From the NCBI GenBank assembly GCA_963718235.1, contig CAVQYR010000001.1, positions 640,001 through 704,000 of the forward strand: 64,000 nt of DNA, given 5' to 3'. Made by a program: the position numbers and the translations under genes. Below the pieces are notes generated by a model, which ran no database searches, had not been told where the DNA came from, and was given only the letters and a program-made list of their open reading frames with translations. Below are positions 50,361 through 64,000 of the stretch, one piece after another (the first letter of the stretch is position 1; each line of letters begins with the position of its first letter). Source of the stretch: an uncultured Actinomycetota bacterium (GTDB taxonomy: Bacteria; Actinomycetota; Actinomycetes; JAHEKZ01).

Positions 50361-51080
50361 ATGCAGCGCAGCAAGGCCTACCGTCAGGCGGCCGAGAAGA
50401 TCGACGCCGACGCCCTGTACACCCCGTTCGAGGCCGTCACCCTGGCCAAGGACACCTCAGCCATGAAGGTGCCGGCCACCGTCGAGGTCGCCATGCGCCT
50501 GGGCGTCGACCCCCGCAAGGCCGACCAGATGGTCCGCGGCACGGTCAACCTCCCGCACGGCACCGGCAAGACCGCCCGGGTGCTGGTCTTCGCCACCGGC
50601 GAGAAGGCTGAGGAGGCGCGGGCGGCTGGTGCGGACTTCGTCGGGTCCGACGACATGATCGAGAAGGTGTCCGGCGGGTTCACCGACTTCGACGCCGCCG
50701 TGGCCACGCCCGACCTCATGGGCAAGGTCGGCCGCCTGGGCAAGGTGCTGGGCCCACGGGGGCTCATGCCCAACCCCAAGACCGGCACGGTGACGATGGA
50801 CGTCGCCAAGGCGGTCGAGGACATCAAGGGCGGCAAGATCGAGTTCCGGGTCGACCGGAACTCCAACCTGCACTTCGTGATCGGCAAGACGTCGTTCCAG
50901 ACCGAGCAGCTGGCCGAGAACTACGCAGCCGCCCTGGACGAGGTCCTGCGGCTCAAGCCTTCGTCGGCCAAGGGCCGCTACATCAAGAAGGTCACCGTGT
51001 CGACCACGATGGGCCCGGGGATCCCGGTCGACCCGAACCGGACCCGCAACGTCGCCGCCGACGACTCCCTCTCAAGTTGA
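50361..51080 (+). CDS. rplA: 50S ribosomal protein L1
   Basis: [31 protein letters not shown]; AAGGAG RBS. Confidence 0.97.
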   Translation: MQRSKAYRQAAEKIDADALYTPFEAVTLAKDTSAMKVPATVEVAMRLGVDPRKADQMVRGTVNLPHGTGKTARVLVFATGEKAEEARAAGADFVGSDDMIEKVSGGFTDFDAAVATPDLMGKVGRLGKVLGPRGLMPNPKTGTVTMDVAKAVEDIKGGKIEFRVDRNSNLHFVIGKTSFQTEQLAENYAAALDEVLRLKPSSAKGRYIKKVTVSTTMGPGIPVDPNRTRNVAADDSLSS

Positions 51081-51139
51081 TCTTGGACTTGATCTGACAG
51101 CTCGACCGGTTGGCGCCTCATCATCTGCATGATCAACTT
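51074..51139. repeat. Imperfect palindromic element overlapping the rplA stop
   Basis: Arms AAGTTGATCTTGGACTTGAT and ATCATCTGCATGATCAACTT (16/20 complementary, outer 9 perfect). Confidence 0.55.
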
Positions 51140-51181
51140 CGGGGGGCGGCGAGGCGGGCCCTGGGGTGGTTCGCGGTCGTT

Positions 51182-51211
51182 TTGACCTCCGGCGGCCTGG
51201 GCGCGTAGCCT
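51182..51211 (+). promoter_or_regulatory. rplJ promoter
   Basis: TTGACC-N18-TAGCCT. Confidence 0.65.
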
Positions 51212-51219
51212 CGGGCCCG

Positions 51220-51360
51220 CCGAAGACCGCCGGTCGCCGCGTCTCACGACGCGGTCGAAGGTCCCGCAGCAGCGGGCGGCCCGCGCAGGTGTGACGAGAC
51301 GGACGACAGTGGCCAGTGGCCCTGACGTGACGCCCCGAGCGCCGTGCGCCGGGGCGTTTG
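51220..51360 (+). ncRNA. L10 leader (rplJ autoregulatory RNA)
   Basis: CCGAAGACCGCCGGT ... CGCAGG motifs and a terminal hairpin CGCCCCG..CGGGGCG-TTT upstream of rplJ. Confidence 0.7.
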
Positions 51361-51480
51361 CCATGCCTGGGGTGCCTGGTCAGCCGCCGGACGTCGGGGA
51401 CGACCACTCACGAGCAGTCAGACCGCACGCACGAGACCGTCACACAAGGTAGTCAGACCAGCACCACGGAAGGGAACCTC

Positions 51481-52035
51481 ATGGCGCGGGACACCAAGGC
51501 AGGCGCCGTCACCGAGATCGCGGACCAGTTCCGGGCCTCCGGTGGCGCCGTGCTGACCGAGTACCGCGGGCTCACCGTCAAGCAGATGCAGGAGCTGCGT
51601 CGGGCTCTCGGTGGGAACGCGACCTACGCCGTGGTGAAGAACACGCTGACCAAGATCGCGGCCAAGGACGCCGGGATCGACGGCCTGGACGACCTGCTCG
51701 CCGGGCCGAGTGCCATCGCCTTCATCACCGGTGACCCGGTGGAGGCGGCGAAGGGACTGCGTGACTTCTCCAAGGTGAATCCGCTGCTCGTGATCAAGGG
51801 CGGTGTCCTCGACGGAAAGTCGGTGACCGCGGCTGAGATCAAGAAGCTGGCGGACCTCGAGTCGCGCGAGGTCCTCCTCGCCAAGCTCGCCGGAGCGATG
51901 AAGGCGTCCCTGTCCGGGGCCGCCTCGCTCTTCAACGCCCCACTCGCGCAGACCGCCCGTGCCCTGGGCGCCCTGCAGAGCAAGGCCGAGCAGGACCCAT
52001 CGGTCCTCGCTTCCAGCACGACCCCCGAGGGCTGA
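51481..52035 (+). CDS. rplJ: 50S ribosomal protein L10
   Basis: EYRGLTV, VVKNTL; ATG 51481 after GAAGGGA. Confidence 0.96.
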   Translation: MARDTKAGAVTEIADQFRASGGAVLTEYRGLTVKQMQELRRALGGNATYAVVKNTLTKIAAKDAGIDGLDDLLAGPSAIAFITGDPVEAAKGLRDFSKVNPLLVIKGGVLDGKSVTAAEIKKLADLESREVLLAKLAGAMKASLSGAASLFNAPLAQTARALGALQSKAEQDPSVLASSTTPEG

Positions 52036-52092
52036 CCGGCCCGTTCAACCCAGCCGGCCCCCGGGGCCGACGACCCTAGGAAGGACGCCACC

Positions 52093-52491
52093 ATGGCGAA
52101 GCTCAGCACCGACGAGCTGCTCGACGCGTTCAAAGAGATGACGCTGCTCGAGCTCTCGGAGTTCGTGAAGCAGTTCGAGGAGACCTTCGACGTCACCGCT
52201 GCGGCCCCGGTGGCCGTGGCCGCAGCCCCGGCTGCCGGTGGCGCCGCGGCCGGTGGCGACGCCGGTGCCGCCGAGGAGCAGGACGAGTTCGACGTCATCC
52301 TCGAGGGTGCAGGCGACAAGAAGATCCAGGTCATCAAGGAGGTGCGCACCCTCACGAGCCTGGGCCTGAAGGAGGCCAAGGACCTCGTCGAGGGCACGCC
52401 CAAGGCGGTCCTGGAGAAGGTCACCAAGGAGGCCGCCGACAAGGCGAAGGAGGCCCTCGAGGCCGCCGGCGCCACGGTGAGCGTCAAGTAG
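52093..52491 (+). CDS. rplL: 50S ribosomal protein L7/L12
   Basis: [20 protein letters not shown]. Confidence 0.98.
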   Translation: MAKLSTDELLDAFKEMTLLELSEFVKQFEETFDVTAAAPVAVAAAPAAGGAAAGGDAGAAEEQDEFDVILEGAGDKKIQVIKEVRTLTSLGLKEAKDLVEGTPKAVLEKVTKEAADKAKEALEAAGATVSVK

Positions 52492-52506
52492 TCACGAGTC
52501 TGTCGC

Positions 52507-52551
52507 CGTCCGAAGGCGGCCCGGCCGTGCTGGCCGGGCCGCCTTCGGACG
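52507..52551 (+). terminator. Long hairpin after rplL
   Basis: Perfect 20-bp stem CGTCCGAAGGCGGCCCGGCC / GGCCGGGCCGCCTTCGGACG with a 5-nt loop. Confidence 0.75.
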
Positions 52552-52803
52552 TTCGGACCCGATCGGGTGACAGAACGCGCCCGGACCGGCTCAGGTGCTT
52601 GACCTGGCCGGTCCCAGCGGTCATCCTGCCCGGGTCCGGGTTCGGGCGGCCCCGCTGACTCAGCGGGCCGGCTGGACTCTTGCGGCGCTGTGTCGCTATG
52701 CTGTCGCTTTGCGCCGCCCCTGCCCCTCGCCCACCACGCTGCTGTGGTCCCTGAGCGTGGGACGTCCGGCTGCGCGCAGGATCCGAGCTCGGAAGGACGC
52801 CTC

Positions 52804-56307
<3,504 letters not shown>

Positions 56308-56364
56308 CGCCCCTCGCGCACCGGCCCCCTCCGACGACGAACCCCAAGAAGGACTGGTAACCCC

Positions 56365-60239
<3,875 letters not shown>

Positions 60240-60243
<4 letters not shown>

Positions 60244-60542
60244 GCACGCCCGCCTACGCACCGACGCCCGCCTCGCCGCCCCCGCCCACCGCGGATGCGG
60301 CGGCGTGGGCGTTGGCGGCGGCCATCGCCAGCTGGTTCCTGTGCCCGGTCGTGCTGGCGGTCGTGGCCCTGGTGCTCGCCCACTCGGCCGACCAGACGAT
60401 CGACGCCTCGGCCGGCAGCCTGGGCGGGCGGGGGCTGGTCACGGCGGCCCGGGTGGTCGCCTGGATCCACCTCGCCCTGGCCGCGCTGGCGGTGGCCCTG
60501 GGCCTGGCCGTGCTCGTCGGCGTCCTGCTCGGAGCGTCGTGA
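60240..60542 (+). CDS. Small two-TM membrane protein (DUF4190-like); start uncertain
   Basis: Pro-rich N-terminus followed by two hydrophobic helices with a GRGLVTAA linker. The frame is open from CTG 60240; the first canonical start is TTG 60312. Confidence 0.55.
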
Positions 60543-60562
60543 CCACGGTGGGGCGGACCGTT

Positions 60563-60592
60563 TTGACCGGCTCGAAGGCGGTCGGTTAGGCT
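60563..60592 (+). promoter_or_regulatory. rpsL (str operon) promoter
   Basis: TTGACC-N18-TAGGCT. Confidence 0.65.
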
Positions 60593-60791
60593 CTGCCCTC
60601 GGACCCGGCCGCTCACCGGTGGTTGGCACCGGGTTCCGCTCAGTCCCACTCAACGGGCCGTACGCCCATGGTCGGGGTCCTGCGATCCGGGCTGCGGCAC
60701 CTGTCCCACGCACATCGGGGCGTGACGTCCGCTCGGGCGTGACACGCCCGAGCGCGGGGGTCGGGACCACCAGCACCACCCGCTCCACGAC

Positions 60792-60824
60792 TGCTCGACG
60801 AATGCTCGACGAATGCTCGACGAA
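60792..60824 (+). repeat. 11-bp tandem repeat x3 in the rpsL leader
   Basis: TGCTCGACGAA three times, with a degenerate copy CGCTCCACGAC immediately before. Confidence 0.85.
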
Positions 60825-60854
60825 GTTGTCTCCCTTCAGCAGAAAGCGACAGCG

Positions 60855-61228
<374 letters not shown>

Positions 61229-61229
<1 letters not shown>

Positions 61230-61699
61230 TGCCGCGCAAGGGTCCGCCCGCCAAGCACCCGGTCGTCCCCGACCCGGTCTACAACAGCCCGCTGGTCACC
61301 TCGGTCATCAACAAGGTGCTCGTCGACGGCAAGCGCTCCACGGCGCAGAGCATCGTGTACGACGCCCTCGAGGGTTGCCGCGAGAAGAGCGGCTCCGACC
61401 CGGTCATCACGCTCAAGCGGGCCCTGGACAACGTCCGTCCCACGCTGGAGGTCAAGAGCCGTCGCGTCGGTGGGGCGACCTACCAGGTCCCGGTCGAGGT
61501 CAAGCCGGGCCGCAGCACGACGCTGGCGATCCGCTGGCTCATCGCCTACAGCCGGCAGCGTCGCGAGAAGACGATGACCGAGCGACTGATGAACGAGCTG
61601 CTCGACGCGAGCAACGGCCTCGGAGCGTCGGTCAAGCGCCGCGAGGACACCCACAAGATGGCCGAGTCCAACAAGGCTTTCGCGCACTACCGCTGGTAA
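61229..61699 (+). CDS. rpsG: 30S ribosomal protein S7
   Basis: [21 protein letters not shown]. Confidence 0.98.
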
Positions 61700-61754
61700 G
61701 CACGCCGACCGACCAGCCCACCACGACCCAACGACTGACGAGAGAACGGCCAAC

Positions 61755-63857
61755 GTGTCTACCGCCACCACGCTCGACCTCGGCATGGTCCGCAACATCG
61801 GGATCATGGCGCACATCGACGCGGGCAAGACCACGACCACCGAGCGGATCCTGTTCTACACCGGGATCAACTACAAGATCGGTGAGGTCCACGACGGCGC
61901 CGCAACGATGGACTGGATGCCCCAGGAGCAGGAGCGCGGCATCACCATCACGTCGGCCGCGACGACGTGCGTCTGGGACGACCACACGATCAACATCATC
62001 GACACCCCCGGTCACGTCGACTTCACCGTCGAGGTCGAGCGCTCACTGCGGGTGCTCGACGGTGCCGTGGCCGTGTTCGACGGCGTGGCTGGTGTCGAGC
62101 CGCAGTCGGAGACCGTCTGGCGCCAGGCCGACCGTTACAACGTGCCGAGGATCTGCTTCGTCAACAAGCTCGACCGCACGGGTGCGGAGTTCCACCGCAC
62201 CGTCGACATGATCGTGTCGCGCCTGAGTGCGATCCCGCTCCCGCTGCAGATCCCGATCGGCGCCGAGGCCGACTTCCGTGGCGTGGTCGACCTGATCGCC
62301 ATGAAGGCGCTGGTCTGGCCGGTCGAGGCGGCCAAGGGCGACATGTACGAGACCGTCGACATCCCGTCGACCCATGTCGAGGCCGCCCGCGACTGGCGTG
62401 ACCGCCTGCTCGAGACCATCTCGGAGAACGACGACGAGATGATGGAGCTGTACCTGGAGGGCGTCGAGCCGACCGAGGACCAGCTGGTCGCTGCGATCCG
62501 TCGCGCCACCATCGCCAGCAAGCTCACCCCGGTGCTGTGCGGCTCGGCCTTCAAGAACAAGGGCGTCCAGCCCATGCTCGACGCAGTCGTGCGCTACCTG
62601 CCCAGCCCGCTGGACGTCGAGGCGATCCAGGGCCATGCGGTTCACGACGAGTCCGTGGTCGTGGAGAGGCGGCCCAGCGAGAGCGAGCCCTTCTCGGCCC
62701 TGGCCTTCAAGATCATGAGCGACCCGCACCTGGGCAAGCTCACCTACATCCGGATCTACTCCGGCGTGCTGGAGTCGGGCAGCCAGGTGCTGAACAGCAC
62801 CAAGGACCGCAAGGAGCGGATCGGCAAGATCTACCAGATGCACGCCAACAAGCGAGAAGAGAAGCCGACCGCGACCGCGGGCCACATCGTCGCGGTGATG
62901 GGGCTCAAGGACACCACGACCGGCGACACGCTTTCCGACCCGGCGAAGCCGGTGATCCTGGAGTCGATGACCTTCCCCGCGCCGGTCATCTCGGTGGCCA
63001 TCGAGCCGAAGTCCAAGGCCGACCAGGAGCGCCTCAGCACGGCCATCCAGCGGCTGGCCGAGGAGGACCCGACCTTCCAGGTGCGAGGCGACGAGGAAAC
63101 CGGCCAGACCATCATCGGCGGCATGGGCGAGCTGCACCTCGAGGTGCTCGTCGACCGGATGAAGCGGGAGTTCCGGGTCGAGGCCAACGTCGGCCGCCCC
63201 CAGGTCGCCTACCGCGAGACCCTGACCAAGAAGGTCGTGAAGGTCGAGTACACGCACAAGAAGCAGACCGGTGGCTCTGGCCAGTACGGCCGGGTGATCA
63301 TCGACGTCGAACCGCTGGGCGAGGGTGCCGAGAGCGGGTACGAGTTCGTCAACTCCGTGACCGGTGGGCGCATCCCCCGCGAGTACATCCCCAGCGTCGA
63401 CTCCGGAGTGCAGGAGGCCATGGAGTACGGCGTGGTCGCCGGCTACCCGATGGTCGACATCAAGGTGACCCTGCAGGACGGCGCCTACCACGACGTCGAC
63501 TCCTCAGAGCTCGCCTTCAAGATCGCCGGCTCGATGGCCTTCAAGGAGGCCGCCAAGCGCGCCAACCCGGTGCTGCTCGAGCCGATCATGTCCGTCGAGG
63601 TCACCACCCCTGAGGACTTCATGGGTGACGTGATCGGCGACCTCAACTCCCGACGGGGCCACATCCAGTCGATGGACGAGCGGGCCGGTGCCCGGATCGT
63701 CACGGCGAAGGTGCCGCTGTCGGAGATGTTCGGTTACGTGGGTGACCTGCGCAGCAAGACCCAGGGTCGCGCCTCGTACTCGATGCAGTTCGACTCCTAC
63801 GCCCAGGTTCCCTCGAACGTGGCCACGGAGATCATCGCGAAGGCGCGGGGAGAGTAA
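61755..63857 (+). CDS. fusA: Elongation factor G
   Basis: [26 protein letters not shown]. Confidence 0.98.
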   Translation: MSTATTLDLGMVRNIGIMAHIDAGKTTTTERILFYTGINYKIGEVHDGAATMDWMPQEQERGITITSAATTCVWDDHTINIIDTPGHVDFTVEVERSLRVLDGAVAVFDGVAGVEPQSETVWRQADRYNVPRICFVNKLDRTGAEFHRTVDMIVSRLSAIPLPLQIPIGAEADFRGVVDLIAMKALVWPVEAAKGDMYETVDIPSTHVEAARDWRDRLLETISENDDEMMELYLEGVEPTEDQLVAAIRRATIASKLTPVLCGSAFKNKGVQPMLDAVVRYLPSPLDVEAIQGHAVHDESVVVERRPSESEPFSALAFKIMSDPHLGKLTYIRIYSGVLESGSQVLNSTKDRKERIGKIYQMHANKREEKPTATAGHIVAVMGLKDTTTGDTLSDPAKPVILESMTFPAPVISVAIEPKSKADQERLSTAIQRLAEEDPTFQVRGDEETGQTIIGGMGELHLEVLVDRMKREFRVEANVGRPQVAYRETLTKKVVKVEYTHKKQTGGSGQYGRVIIDVEPLGEGAESGYEFVNSVTGGRIPREYIPSVDSGVQEAMEYGVVAGYPMVDIKVTLQDGAYHDVDSSELAFKIAGSMAFKEAAKRANPVLLEPIMSVEVTTPEDFMGDVIGDLNSRRGHIQSMDERAGARIVTAKVPLSEMFGYVGDLRSKTQGRASYSMQFDSYAQVPSNVATEIIAKARGE

Positions 63858-63923
63858 CCGCCCTGTGGCTTCTGGCCACGCCCGACCTGTCAGACGAAAT
63901 CCCTAAGTCCTAGGAGGACCACA

Positions 63924-64000
63924 GTGGCGAAGGCGAAGTTCGAGCGGACTAAGCCGCACGTCAACATCGGCACCATCGGTCACATCGACCACGGCAAGAC
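63924..64000 (+). CDS. tuf: Elongation factor Tu, 5' fragment
   Basis: AGGAGG RBS; [25 protein letters not shown]. Confidence 0.97.
   Translation, partial: MAKAKFERTKPHVNIGTIGHIDHGK

Noticed and set aside
60781-60824. Tandem repeats as a possible CRISPR array
   Set aside because: 11-bp units with no spacers and no cas genes.

Overview
High-GC actinobacterial chromosome segment, mostly core genome, with no transposase, integrase or CRISPR array. In order it holds: the 5' end of an aldehyde dehydrogenase with its IclR regulator; an amidase, isochorismate synthase and a secreted protein; menG and menJ; a 14-gene nuoA-N operon whose nuoM is frameshifted; a polyprenyl synthase and rarD. Next, korAB is transcribed divergently from a second complex-I-like operon (nuoA,B,C,H,I,J,K,L,M,N; no D,E,F,G). 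Then come htpX, a sulfotransferase, yajQ, tRNA-Tyr/Thr/Met, rpmG, an SDR, hadA/hadB-like dehydratases, murB, a GNAT and adenosine deaminase. A five-gene sulfur locus follows (excisionase-HTH/PocR-like regulator, type III-like SQR, DUF1641-like protein, single-Cys TusE/DsrC, DsrE-like protein), then a frameshifted aspC, tRNA-Trp, secE-nusG-rplKA-rplJL-rpoBC and rpsL-rpsG-fusA-tuf (partial). The best candidate for an undescribed system is the sulfur locus at about 43.8-47.2 kb, whose promoter has a CsoR/CstR-type palindrome and seven GCA units at exact 9-bp spacing. All family assignments come from motif recognition by eye; no database searches were run.
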